From: an uncultured Thiotrichales bacterium
GTDB taxonomy: Bacteria > Pseudomonadota > Gammaproteobacteria > GCA-2400775
DNA: 64,000 nucleotides
Assembly (NCBI GenBank): GCA_964617475.1
Contig: CAZTYM010000001.1
Location: forward strand, 35,339-99,338
Direction: 5' to 3'
The notes under the pieces were generated by a model. It made no database searches and was not told where the DNA came from. It worked only from the letters and a program-made list of their open reading frames with translations. Both the position numbers and the translations under genes were made by a program. Of the stretch, positions 39,182 to 47,860 are shown piece after piece (positions within the stretch are counted from its first letter, which is position 1; every line of letters starts with the position of its first letter).

Positions 39182-39685
39182 ATGAGTGAAGTCGCACTGA
39201 GTGAATTTGAGGATCCGATTAATCAGGATATCCAGGATCCCTTATTGCAATGGGTCACATTCCGTTTGGACGAAGAAAAATACGGTATCAGCGTAATGGC
39301 TGTGCAGGAAGTCCTTAAAGTTACGGAAATAACACAAGTACCCGGTGCACCAAACTTTGTCTTAGGTATTATTAATCTTCGCGGTAATGTAGTTACAGTG
39401 ATAGATGCAAGGACGCGTTTTGGTTTGGATTATCGCGAACAGGATGATAACGCTCGTATCGTTATTATTGAAGTTGGCGATCAAGAAGTAGGAATCTTGG
39501 TAGATAGCGTTGCTGAGGTTGTATACATGCGTGGATCTGAAATCGAGCCACCACCCTCTGTTGGAGCAGATGAAAGTTCACAGTTCATACAAGGGGTGAA
39601 TAGCTCTGGGCCAGAATTGCTCATTCTAGTAGATTTGGAAAAACTTTTGTCTGAGCAAGAATGGAAGCAGCTCGCCGCCTTGTAG
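39182..39685 (+). CDS. cheW: Chemotaxis coupling protein CheW
   Basis: A full CheW domain is present (YGISVMAVQEVLKVTEITQVPGAPNFVLGIINLRGNVVTVID). Confidence 0.92.
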   Translation: MSEVALSEFEDPINQDIQDPLLQWVTFRLDEEKYGISVMAVQEVLKVTEITQVPGAPNFVLGIINLRGNVVTVIDARTRFGLDYREQDDNARIVIIEVGDQEVGILVDSVAEVVYMRGSEIEPPPSVGADESSQFIQGVNSSGPELLILVDLEKLLSEQEWKQLAAL

Positions 39686-39703
39686 GAAGCTGGGAATAGG
39701 GTT

Positions 39704-39868
39704 ATGGCCGATATACGAGACGTGCAAGCTATTCAACCTGTTTGGCCAAAGAAATCGGCTACAGATAAGCGTAAGCAACGCCAGGAGCCTAATAATCGTC
39801 GACAGCAATCTGCAAAAAAAGAAAAGCCAAATCGTTATGGTCGCGGCCATATCGATGAGTTTGCGTAA
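39704..39868 (+). CDS. Candidate small basic protein (54 aa), below the ORF-track size cutoff
   Basis: ATG at 39704 to TAA at 39866-39868 translates to MADIRDVQAIQPVWPKKSATDKRKQRQEPNNRRQQSAKKEKPNRYGRGHIDEFA. A purine-rich stretch (gggaatagggtt) precedes the ATG. It fills the gap between cheW and the DUF2802-like gene. Confidence 0.3.
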   Translation: MADIRDVQAIQPVWPKKSATDKRKQRQEPNNRRQQSAKKEKPNRYGRGHIDEFA

Positions 39869-39874
39869 CATCCC

Positions 39875-40282
39875 ATGTCAATTGAAACGATTGTTATCGC
39901 TGTTTGCATGGGACTGACTATCTCTTTATCGTACGCGGTATATCTGCTTAGCCAACGTTTGCAAAACAACTATCGAGTCATTGAAGGTTTACAAAAAGAT
40001 ATTTCTGCTTTGTGTGCTGGCGCTGCGGGTGTTAGCGAACATTTGGACAAGATTGAAGATCAATCACGCTATTTGGCGGATCGACAAGACCAAATGAATA
40101 CTTATGGCAATGCAGAAAGGCCTTATATTCAAGCAATGCGTCTAGCAGAGAATGGATCAGGGGTTGAAGATTTGATGAAAACCTGTGATTTATCGCAAGA
40201 AGAAGCGTCGTTGATACGTAAAATGTACAACCATCAAACCGATCGGAACCCAGGCAGAAGTCTAGACCTGATCCTCGAGTGA
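39875..40282 (+). CDS. DUF2802-like small membrane protein commonly found downstream of cheW
   Basis: It is 135 aa with an N-terminal TM segment (IVIAVCMGLTISLSYAVYLL) and a helical C-terminus. Synteny with cheW-downstream genes of polar-flagellum clusters supports the call. Confidence 0.55.
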   Translation: MSIETIVIAVCMGLTISLSYAVYLLSQRLQNNYRVIEGLQKDISALCAGAAGVSEHLDKIEDQSRYLADRQDQMNTYGNAERPYIQAMRLAENGSGVEDLMKTCDLSQEEASLIRKMYNHQTDRNPGRSLDLILE

Positions 40283-40298
40283 TAATTTAAAATTATTG

Positions 40299-40320
40299 AA
40301 AATACTGCGGTCGCAGTTTT
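40299..40320. terminator. Short bidirectional hairpin between convergent genes
   Basis: aaaatACTGCggtcGCAGTtttct, a 5-bp stem with a 4-nt loop flanked by an A-run and a T-run. Confidence 0.3.
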
Positions 40321-42183
40321 CTAATCTATATCTAAACCACTATCGTCAAATGGCAAGGGTTTACCAATGTAGTAACCTTGCACATAGTCAACACCGTATC
40401 GTTTCAGTAACTCGTAGGTTTCTTCATCTTCAACAAATTCAGCAATGACTTCCTTGCCTAGTGATCTACCAACATCAATCATGGATCGTACTAGAGATTG
40501 ATCAACTGGATCGCTCACCAGATTGCGAATAAAAGCGCCATCTATTTTTAATTGGTCTACCGGAAATTCTTTGACGTAATTGAAAGAACTAAAGCCAGAA
40601 CCAAAATCATCAAGAGCAAAGCGGCATCCTAACTCACGGAGCTTACTTACCATCTCTCGCGTTTGATTTGCATTGGCTACAGCAGCTGTCTCGGTAATTT
40701 CAAACAACAATCGATTTGGGTTAATTTGATATTTAGCTATGCTGTCTTTGATTAATTGGTAAAGAGCTGGATCCTGAAACGCATGACCAGATAGATTCAC
40801 ATGCAATGATACGTCGGCTTGATCTTTCGATAATACGCTGATGGTTTCAATCACCTTTGACACCATATAGCGATCGATTTCATGGATCAGTCCCATACGT
40901 TCGCATACTGGAATAAAGTCGCTTGGACCAATTATATTGCCATCATCGTCAAGCATTCTAATAAGCGCCTCATAGTGACGAATGTGGCCACTTTTAACAT
41001 GTTGGACAGGCTGAAAAACAAGTTTAAAAAGGCCTTGCTCAAGTGCTTTGCGAATAATTGGTACCCAGTGAGCAGCACTACGAAGAATATGCATTTCTGC
41101 ATCTTTTTCATCGAACATGTGAACCATGTTGCGGCCGTGCGCCTTGGCAACAAAACAGGCTTGATCAGCGCGAACTAAAGCTTCACTGGCTGTGTCCTGA
41201 TTGTCGGGTGTAATTAATGAAACACCAATGCTTGCACCTATATGATAAGTGCGACCCTCTGTCGTAAAATAAAGTGTATTGAGTGCGCCATGTATCACGT
41301 TGGCAAACTGTTGTGCGCTTTCCTCATCAACATCGTTAGCTAAAATGACATATTCGTCAGAACTGATACGCGCGAGCAAATCATTTTTCTTGACGAGTTT
41401 ACGCAATGTATTGGCTACAAGGACCAGCACTTTGTCTCCAGCAGAATGACCTTCTAAATCGTTAACGACTTTAAACTGATCAAGGTCAACATAGAATAGG
41501 GCGCTGTAATGATTATTTTGCTGACAAAGTGAAACAGATATTTCGATAGATTGCTCAAGTTTTCTGCGGTTACAAAGTCCTGTTAAGTCGTCATGACCGA
41601 CTAAGTATTGCAGCCGAGCTTCCATTATTTTGCGTTCAGCAAGTTCTGATTCAAGTTCTATTTCTCTTGCTTTTCTGAGATCGCGTTCGCGCTTTAAGCT
41701 TAAGGCTGAGATAACTCGTGGAACTAGCTCAATTTTGCGAAGCGGCTTAAACATAATATCGGTGGCGCCACAATCGAGGCTGGTTACGGCAGCATCGTCT
41801 TGCCACATATTGTTTGCTGTAAGCAAAATAATAGGAATATCAACCCATTCAGTATGCTGTCGAATAACTCTGCATACTTCATAGCCATCCATTCCAGGCA
41901 TCATGACATCGAGCAAGATTAGATCAATGTTGCTAGCGTCGTTACTAATGCTTTTTTGTAATACTGTGATTGCGTCTTGGCCGTTGCTTGCGGTATCAAT
42001 CGTATTGAAGCCGCTTTTGTTCAGCATTGTGGCAGCTAGGTCAATATTATCTTGTATGTCATCAACAACGAGAATACGCATATTGCGTAGATGATCGAAG
42101 GTGTTGGCTAACGGCGTTTGTTCACCTACACGTCCGGTTTTTGGATCGAGCGATTTTTTTATTTGATAAATTGGCTGCGCCAT
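40321..42183 (-). CDS. Response regulator with REC, degenerate GGDEF and EAL domains (predicted c-di-GMP phosphodiesterase)
   Basis: The REC domain has ILVVDDIQDN and D in LLDVMMPGMDG. The GGDEF motif is replaced by SDEY (RISSDEYVIL). The EAL domain has intact EALIRM, DDFGSGFSS and EITE motifs. Confidence 0.85.
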   Translation of the reverse strand: MAQPIYQIKKSLDPKTGRVGEQTPLANTFDHLRNMRILVVDDIQDNIDLAATMLNKSGFNTIDTASNGQDAITVLQKSISNDASNIDLILLDVMMPGMDGYEVCRVIRQHTEWVDIPIILLTANNMWQDDAAVTSLDCGATDIMFKPLRKIELVPRVISALSLKRERDLRKAREIELESELAERKIMEARLQYLVGHDDLTGLCNRRKLEQSIEISVSLCQQNNHYSALFYVDLDQFKVVNDLEGHSAGDKVLVLVANTLRKLVKKNDLLARISSDEYVILANDVDEESAQQFANVIHGALNTLYFTTEGRTYHIGASIGVSLITPDNQDTASEALVRADQACFVAKAHGRNMVHMFDEKDAEMHILRSAAHWVPIIRKALEQGLFKLVFQPVQHVKSGHIRHYEALIRMLDDDGNIIGPSDFIPVCERMGLIHEIDRYMVSKVIETISVLSKDQADVSLHVNLSGHAFQDPALYQLIKDSIAKYQINPNRLLFEITETAAVANANQTREMVSKLRELGCRFALDDFGSGFSSFNYVKEFPVDQLKIDGAFIRNLVSDPVDQSLVRSMIDVGRSLGKEVIAEFVEDEETYELLKRYGVDYVQGYYIGKPLPFDDSGLDID

Positions 42184-42314
42184 AGATCTTATTTTTTCTC
42201 CGAAAAGATAGATCGAGGATGTTTGTCCTCAATTACCGAATCGGCGGCAGTGACTACTCGTTTAACCCAACTCAATAGATTAGCGGCGAAAAAGCTGTAT
42301 TCTTTAGTCTGTTA

Positions 42315-42599
42315 TTAGTTTTGCGTGGGTGGGCGTTTGCCTGAAACAAGATAGGCAAATGCGAGGATTTCCGCCACAATGACAAATAAATCGTCAGGTA
42401 TAGACTCACCTAATTCCACTTGGGAGAGTATTTGTGCAAGATTAGGGTCTTCATGAATAGGAATACCATACTGGCGCGCTATCTCAAGGATATCTTCTCC
42501 ACCCTGGCCAGTGTCTTTGGCCGTAACATTGGGGGTATCTAATCCGTCATATTTAAGCGCGACAGCAATAGTGTCCGAACTGTTGTGATATTTAGTCAT
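42315..42599 (-). CDS. FlhB C-terminal-domain-only protein (EscU/YscU/FlhB_CC family), about 94 aa
   Basis: EIARQYGIPIHEDPNLAQIL...IPDDLFVIVAEILAFAY matches the FlhB/YscU C-terminal domain. The ATG at 42599 lies 2 nt after the upstream gene stop (TAAcATG). The six-frame ORF (42737 start) extends upstream across the neighbouring gene. Confidence 0.7.
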   Translation of the reverse strand: MTKYHNSSDTIAVALKYDGLDTPNVTAKDTGQGGEDILEIARQYGIPIHEDPNLAQILSQVELGESIPDDLFVIVAEILAFAYLVSGKRPPTQN

Positions 42600-42600
42600 G

Positions 42601-43965
42601 TTATGCGTGGGTATCAACCAATCTGTCGGCAGCACGGGGTGCGAACAAATCACTTTTTTCTTTAGGCATGGTTTGGCTACTTCGTACGTCGAAACCGAGA
42701 GCACGAAGCTTGTCATTAAGTAGATGTAAATTGTCATTAAGCAAACTCAGCCCAGCATCGGTTTCTGCGCTAAAACTAAGACTAACTGTCTTATCTTTGA
42801 GTCTGATGTCACTTAGTACACTGCCGTATTTGCCTAGTTCAAAGCTAAACTCAATATGCCAACCATCACCTTCATCAGTTTGATGTTCCAGACTTTTATC
42901 GCGACTTATCCGCAGCTGCAAGGCATGGTCTTTGTGGTTATGAGAATAAGGAATCTCAATAAACCAAACTTGATTGCTATCATTAGTTTGCATAATCGAG
43001 GTTAATTGGTTTAACTGAATTCGAGACAACGCACTCTCGCCAGACTTTATTATCTGTTGCAAGGGTTGCAGTAGATCTTGTCTTAAATTTTCTAACTTGA
43101 TTTTTGCTTCAGTACCACGATTTAGCTCCACCGATACAGGTTTTTGATCGCTGTGCTCTGAGATAATATTATTTAGTTGTGTCAGTAATTGTGGTGATAG
43201 CTGTGATCCTTGATTCGTCGCTTGCTTGATTGTGGCGACAAGCTGAAATAACAAACCTTTTAAATCTCTATTAGTTTGATTATTCAATAGCGCACTAGGA
43301 ATCTGCGATGTTATAGTCGGTCCAACGTTATTGACATTTTTTGCTAACGTTGACAGTTTGGCTTCAAGAAATAAACCAGAGTTTAAGCTCTCCTTTTTAA
43401 TAATCGATGCATCTCTTAGTTCACTCAGTTGTGGAATGGCAGTGCGAATATTATCGACCGCCCGTTGCAAACCCAGCACGATATCCTGTTTATTATTTGT
43501 TGTAGTTGCTGGTGCTAGGGTTGGTGGCGAATGACTTACTCTAACAGGGTTTTCTTGCTGAGTGCTTGAAGTATTGACTAATGTTAGATTATTAATAGCT
43601 TGTGTCAGAACAAAAAGAGTCTGCGCGAGTGGTAATTGATTTGCAATAACGCTGCGTATAGCCTGGTTCACTGGTTGAGACACCTGAGCAGTTTCTGCAG
43701 GTGTCACTACTCTAAGTGTCGGTTGAGCACCGATTTGTTCGACGAGTAAATTAAGGTTTTGACCAACAGCGAATGGGATAATACGGTCTGGCTGAACTCT
43801 AGCTCCTGCAATTTCTAAAAGACGTTGTTGATTAGATTCATCTAGCACAACTCTCGCTCTAATGAGTTGTCCTACCTCCCAAGCGTTAACGATCTCAGAA
43901 CTTGGGCGGAGAAGGATAGGCGTGAATAATGATGATAATTGACCTATCTCCATTGATTTCCTCAA
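42601..43965 (-). CDS. FliK-like hook-length-control family protein (454 aa)
   Basis: A C-terminal Flg_hook-like domain is present (LRISRDK...WHIEFSFELGKYGSVLSDIRLKDKTVSLSFSAETDAGLSLLNDNL). The N-terminal and central regions are Gln/Asn/Thr-rich. Confidence 0.65.
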   Translation of the reverse strand: MRKSMEIGQLSSLFTPILLRPSSEIVNAWEVGQLIRARVVLDESNQQRLLEIAGARVQPDRIIPFAVGQNLNLLVEQIGAQPTLRVVTPAETAQVSQPVNQAIRSVIANQLPLAQTLFVLTQAINNLTLVNTSSTQQENPVRVSHSPPTLAPATTTNNKQDIVLGLQRAVDNIRTAIPQLSELRDASIIKKESLNSGLFLEAKLSTLAKNVNNVGPTITSQIPSALLNNQTNRDLKGLLFQLVATIKQATNQGSQLSPQLLTQLNNIISEHSDQKPVSVELNRGTEAKIKLENLRQDLLQPLQQIIKSGESALSRIQLNQLTSIMQTNDSNQVWFIEIPYSHNHKDHALQLRISRDKSLEHQTDEGDGWHIEFSFELGKYGSVLSDIRLKDKTVSLSFSAETDAGLSLLNDNLHLLNDKLRALGFDVRSSQTMPKEKSDLFAPRAADRLVDTHA

Positions 43966-44042
43966 GTTAAAGCAGCGGATTGTCGCTGTAGGCTTCGGGT
44001 CTCAGTATAATTGTTATCGGTCTGTTGTAACTTATCTTCACC

Positions 44043-44933
44043 ATGAAAAAAGAACCTCTTTGGTATATCAGGCGCGGCCAGGATATTAGCGGTCCCTTTC
44101 CTGTAGGGCAGGTAGAAAGAGATATCTTGCTTAATCGAATCAGAGAATCTACAGAATTGAGTCCAGATTCGACTCACTGGAAGGAATTGCTTGAATGGCC
44201 AGAATGGGCGAGCTATTTAAAATCGCTGTATGAAGGTGAGAACGTCGAAGAGCAGTTGCAGCGTCGTCGCCGTTGGGAGGATGAACGCACTGGATACGAT
44301 CGGCGTGCTAATAATCCGCAGCCTGAGCCGAAGTACCAGAACAGAAGGTCAATCACTGATAGGCGCAGTGCGGAATCAAGCGATACGATAGATTCACGGC
44401 AGCAACGCCATCAACGCGCAAAAAGTATACGTCTATATTCTCTGCGCGCGGTGGCTATTCCTGTTGCAGCGGTCATTGTGTTTGTTGTTACCTATTTGCT
44501 TTTATACAAGCCTCCAGCTACAGAAGATAGAATTGACTGTTCTCTGGCAGCTGCGGAAGCAATTAACTGGAGCCACTGTGACTTGCAGAATAAAGTACTG
44601 TCAGATGTCAATCTCAGTAAGAGTAATTTACAAAGTAGCAATTTAACAGGAGCACAGCTTGATCAAGCGAATATATCTGTTAGTGACTTATCATTTGCTG
44701 TGTTTACGCTTACGCGTATAGAGAATTCTAATTTCTCGGATTCTAGAATGATTGGAGTAAGTTTTCGTAATACCTTGATTTTAAATACAAAATTTGATAA
44801 TGCGAACCTGACCTATGCCGATTTTTCAAATGCCGAATTGGAAAATGTTTCTTTTAAGGGGGCGAGATTGGATCATGCTATTTGGATTGACCGGCGGCGG
44901 TGCGCACAGGGTTCGATAGGAATATGTCGTTAG
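44043..44933 (+). CDS. Membrane protein with N-terminal DUF4339 (GYF-like) domain, Arg-rich linker, one TM segment and C-terminal pentapeptide repeats
   Basis: The N-terminus reads WYIRRGQDISGPFPVGQVERDILLNRI..HWKELLEWPEW. A TM segment (AVAIPVAAVIVFVVTYLLLY) is present. Tandem A(D/N)LxX-type pentapeptide repeats follow (NLSKSNLQSSNLTGAQLDQANISVSDLSFAVFT...). Confidence 0.7.
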   Translation: MKKEPLWYIRRGQDISGPFPVGQVERDILLNRIRESTELSPDSTHWKELLEWPEWASYLKSLYEGENVEEQLQRRRRWEDERTGYDRRANNPQPEPKYQNRRSITDRRSAESSDTIDSRQQRHQRAKSIRLYSLRAVAIPVAAVIVFVVTYLLLYKPPATEDRIDCSLAAAEAINWSHCDLQNKVLSDVNLSKSNLQSSNLTGAQLDQANISVSDLSFAVFTLTRIENSNFSDSRMIGVSFRNTLILNTKFDNANLTYADFSNAELENVSFKGARLDHAIWIDRRRCAQGSIGICR

Positions 44934-45031
44934 GCTAATTATTTGTGCACCATCGAATATACTTAAAGATATTATGGTAATAATCGACATATAAATAGGA
45001 ACGTTTTATACAATGCTAAGGGCTAAATCGG

Positions 45032-45409
45032 ATGGCAGAACAAGCAAAGCAAGTGTTAGTAGTAGATGATGACGAACCGTGTCGTGTTTTGGCAAAACGC
45101 ATACTTTCTCGTAACGGATATTCCGTCGATATGGCGTGTGACGGCTTCGAAGGATTGGAAATTGCTTCTACTAAACAGTATGATCTGATCTTAATGGACG
45201 TAATGATGCCTGACATGGATGGTTTCGAAGTATGTAAAAAAATCAAAGATGTGTCTGCCAATGTGGACACGCCTATCATCATGGTTAGCGCGCTTGATTC
45301 CATCAACGATATGGCAAAAGCCAATGAAGCGGGGGCAATGTGGTATGTCAGCAAACCCTACGATATGAAATACCTTGTCTCCGTAGTGAATCATAGAGTG
45401 ACATCATAA
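45032..45409 (+). CDS. Single-domain response regulator (CheY-like REC, 125 aa)
   Basis: REC motifs are present (VLVVDDDEP, D in LILMDVMMPDMDG, S/T in MVSALD, K in VSKPYD). Confidence 0.85.
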   Translation: MAEQAKQVLVVDDDEPCRVLAKRILSRNGYSVDMACDGFEGLEIASTKQYDLILMDVMMPDMDGFEVCKKIKDVSANVDTPIIMVSALDSINDMAKANEAGAMWYVSKPYDMKYLVSVVNHRVTS

Positions 45410-45425
45410 GGTGAATTAACCAGAA

Positions 45426-45827
45426 ATGTTACTAGGACAAAAGCGCATACTCGTTGTTGATGATGACGAGCCAAGCAGAACCTTAGCCGAGCGGATACTA
45501 ACTCGCGGAGGTTTTGATGTGGAAACGGCGCAAAATGGTGTTGAGGCACTTGAAAAAGCTACGTCCTTTGAATATGACCTCGTTATTCTAGACGTAATGA
45601 TGCCGCGCATGGATGGTTATGAAGTTTGTGCGAAACTTCAGCAAGATCCGCTCACTACAGAATTACCGGTTGTCATGTTGACCGCGCTAGATTCATTAAA
45701 TGATGTCGCCAAGGCGACGCAGGTTGGTGCTAAGTGGTTTGTCACCAAACCCTTTGATGCCAAGTATCTTTTACGTCGAATACGCCAAATTTTATTCTAT
45801 CAGGAGAACCTAAGGTCTTCACAGTAG
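45426..45827 (+). CDS. Single-domain response regulator (CheY-like REC, 133 aa), paralog of the upstream gene
   Basis: REC motifs are present (ILVVDDDEP, D in VILDVMMPRMDG, TALD, TKPFD). It is about 50% identical to the preceding REC. Confidence 0.85.
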   Translation: MLLGQKRILVVDDDEPSRTLAERILTRGGFDVETAQNGVEALEKATSFEYDLVILDVMMPRMDGYEVCAKLQQDPLTTELPVVMLTALDSLNDVAKATQVGAKWFVTKPFDAKYLLRRIRQILFYQENLRSSQ

Positions 45828-45910
45828 GCCGCTTATACATCGTATCTATTTGCTAGTAAGTCAATCTGTTATGATTGGCCGATAAATTCACTTAAAGAAA
45901 CGCTAGCAAC

Positions 45911-46405
45911 TTGTCACTTTATTCAGTCGATAAACTCATTTCCGAAGCAAGGCAGCTCGCTGCGGAGTACCGCAAAACCACCGGCAGTCCGTTGCCAGGA
46001 ATTAGCAGCGAAATTGCGCGTCACGATGCTATACGTTTGCTTGGCCTGAAGGCGGTCGAAAATGGCTCAGGTCATGATGCCTTAGGAACTGGAGTGCGAG
46101 AAGGCAAGCGTGTTCAAATCAAGGGTCGCGTCATTCAGGATGACAATCAGCGAGGCTTGCGAATAGGCCAGATTAAAGTTGACCAGGAATGGGACTCTGT
46201 GGTGCTGGTATTACTCGACAAAGACTATGAGCCCTATGAGTTGTATGAGGTGGATCGCCATGAGGTCATTGACGCAGGTGGTGATACATCAGAAAAGCGG
46301 AGTAAACGCGGTTCTATGACGCTTGCACGGTTTTTAGCAATTTCGAACCTGGTATGGAGTCGAGAAGATGGATTGCTCGATGATGGTGTTTGGGTCAACG
46401 ACTAA
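45911..46405 (+). CDS. Hypothetical protein (164 aa) with possible Mrr-cat / PD-(D/E)xK-like motif
   Basis: GSGHDALGTGVREGKRVQIKGR resembles the GDGGxDG...QxK core of Mrr-type restriction endonuclease catalytic domains. Its stop lies 4 nt before the tsaB start. Confidence 0.5.
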   Translation: MSLYSVDKLISEARQLAAEYRKTTGSPLPGISSEIARHDAIRLLGLKAVENGSGHDALGTGVREGKRVQIKGRVIQDDNQRGLRIGQIKVDQEWDSVVLVLLDKDYEPYELYEVDRHEVIDAGGDTSEKRSKRGSMTLARFLAISNLVWSREDGLLDDGVWVND

Positions 46406-46409
46406 CAAG

Positions 46410-47084
46410 ATGAGCAGAATTCTTGCTATTAGCGCGGCCAGCGATTTCAGTTCAGTCGCGATATCTAATGCTGGTGAGATACATTGCAAGGCAGAAAAGA
46501 CGCAGCGAGGCCACGGCGATCATTTGCTTAACATGATAAGCAGTGTTTTAGCAGAGTCCGTATTTGATAAAAATTCTATAGATGCAGTAGCTTTTGCCTG
46601 TGGGCCGGGTGCGTTTACAAGCTTACGGCTTGCCGCAGGAATAACCCAAGGCTTTGCCGTCGGCATAGATCGTCCTGTAGTTCCGGTTTCCTCTCTTGCT
46701 GCAATCGCCCATGGTGTATTTCGTCATCGTCAGTCTCAGCATACATTAGTTGCGCTTGATGCGCGTATGAATCAAGTCTATTTCGCGGCCTTCAATACAG
46801 TCGAATTAAGTAATACCCAAGCGGTGACTGATGAGCAGGTTTGTGACCCGGCAGATCTATGTTGGCCAGAAGGTAAGCAAGCGAGAGTCGGGATTGGATG
46901 GGAGGTCTATGCTAATAAAATTACTCCCAGTTCGGATCACCAATACCTCGGCGCGGGAGGAGAAGATGCGGCTATAGATGTTGCTTATCTCGCAACTAAG
47001 GCCATGCATGAAGGCAATGTCTATGCACCGGAGCAAGCATTACCTGTCTATATTCGTGATCAGGTTGCTCACCAAAATCGCTAA
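46410..47084 (+). CDS. tsaB: tRNA threonylcarbamoyladenosine biosynthesis protein TsaB (YeaZ)
   Basis: An N-terminal ASKHA fold is present (ILAISAASDFSSVAI..., GPGAFTSLRLAAGITQG). Its position is adjacent to a trm112-like gene. The start is set at MSRILAI. Confidence 0.85.
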   Translation: MSRILAISAASDFSSVAISNAGEIHCKAEKTQRGHGDHLLNMISSVLAESVFDKNSIDAVAFACGPGAFTSLRLAAGITQGFAVGIDRPVVPVSSLAAIAHGVFRHRQSQHTLVALDARMNQVYFAAFNTVELSNTQAVTDEQVCDPADLCWPEGKQARVGIGWEVYANKITPSSDHQYLGAGGEDAAIDVAYLATKAMHEGNVYAPEQALPVYIRDQVAHQNR

Positions 47085-47120
47085 GTATTTCTTAAGTCGC
47101 TGTAAGCGATAGAAACAGCG

Positions 47121-47312
47121 CTACTGAAGCGCTTCTTTTTCTTCTAAACCAATATGTCGTGCTTCACTTTCTAACATAATGGGAATGCCATCACGCACGG
47201 GATAAGCCAAAGCGCTGGCTTTGCAAATCAGTTCATTTTTGCTCTTATCGTAAATAAGTGGCGCTTTGCTGACTGGACAAACCAAGATGTCGAGCAATTT
47301 TTTGTCGATCAT
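47121..47312 (-). CDS. Trm112-family small protein (YcaR-like)
   Basis: It is 63 aa with [16 protein letters not shown]...[20 protein letters not shown]. Confidence 0.8.
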   Translation of the reverse strand: MIDKKLLDILVCPVSKAPLIYDKSKNELICKASALAYPVRDGIPIMLESEARHIGLEEKEALQ

Positions 47313-47395
47313 TACTATCTACAACCTATTAACAAATAAAGTGAGAATTATAGCCTAAAAAAGCTAAACAAGATGGGAGAAAATAAAATTTGGAG

Positions 47396-47430
47396 CATAA
47401 AAACTTGGAGGCAGTTCGCCCCCAAGTTTT
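47396..47430 (-). terminator. Rho-independent terminator downstream of mscL (bidirectional in form)
   Basis: aaaaCTTGGAGGcagttcgCCCCCAAGtttt: a GC-rich stem of about 8 bp with one mismatch, flanked by an A-run and a T-run. Confidence 0.55.
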
Positions 47431-47440
47431 AGCATTAAGC

Positions 47441-47860
47441 CTATTTCTTAAGTGAATCGCGAATCTCTTGCAGTAGTAAAACTTCCTCGCTCGGCTTAGG
47501 TGGCTCAGCAGGTGCCTCTTCTTCTTTCTTCTTCATCGAGTTCATCGCTTTAATAACCATAAATATAGCAAAGGCGATGATAATAAAATCAAGCGTAGTT
47601 TGTATGAAATTACCGTAGTTGATTGTTGGTGCGCCAGCCTCTTGTGCTGCAGCTAATGATTCATAACTTGTCTCACCCAAATTAATAAACAACTGAGTAA
47701 AATCAACACCGCCAAGTAATTTGCCAATTGGTGGCATTAATACATCATTAACAAACGAACTCACTATCTTACCGAATGCACCACCAATAACGATACCAAC
47801 CGCCATATCAACTACATTACCGCGCATTGCAAAATCTTTAAACTCAGACATCATACTCAT
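47441..47860 (-). CDS. mscL: Large-conductance mechanosensitive channel MscL
   Basis: [29 protein letters not shown]... is the canonical MscL TM1. The start is set at MSMMSEF, with an AGGAGG RBS 9 nt upstream. The six-frame ORF carries 20 extra N-terminal codons. Confidence 0.9.
   Translation of the reverse strand: MSMMSEFKDFAMRGNVVDMAVGIVIGGAFGKIVSSFVNDVLMPPIGKLLGGVDFTQLFINLGETSYESLAAAQEAGAPTINYGNFIQTTLDFIIIAFAIFMVIKAMNSMKKKEEEAPAEPPKPSEEVLLLQEIRDSLKK

Noticed and set aside
42600-42737. Upstream 46-codon extension of the FlhB-C-domain ORF overlapping the FliK-like gene
   Set aside because: Homology to the FlhB C-domain begins only after the internal ATG at 42599, which sits 2 nt after the upstream stop. 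The long overlap is an ORF-caller artefact.
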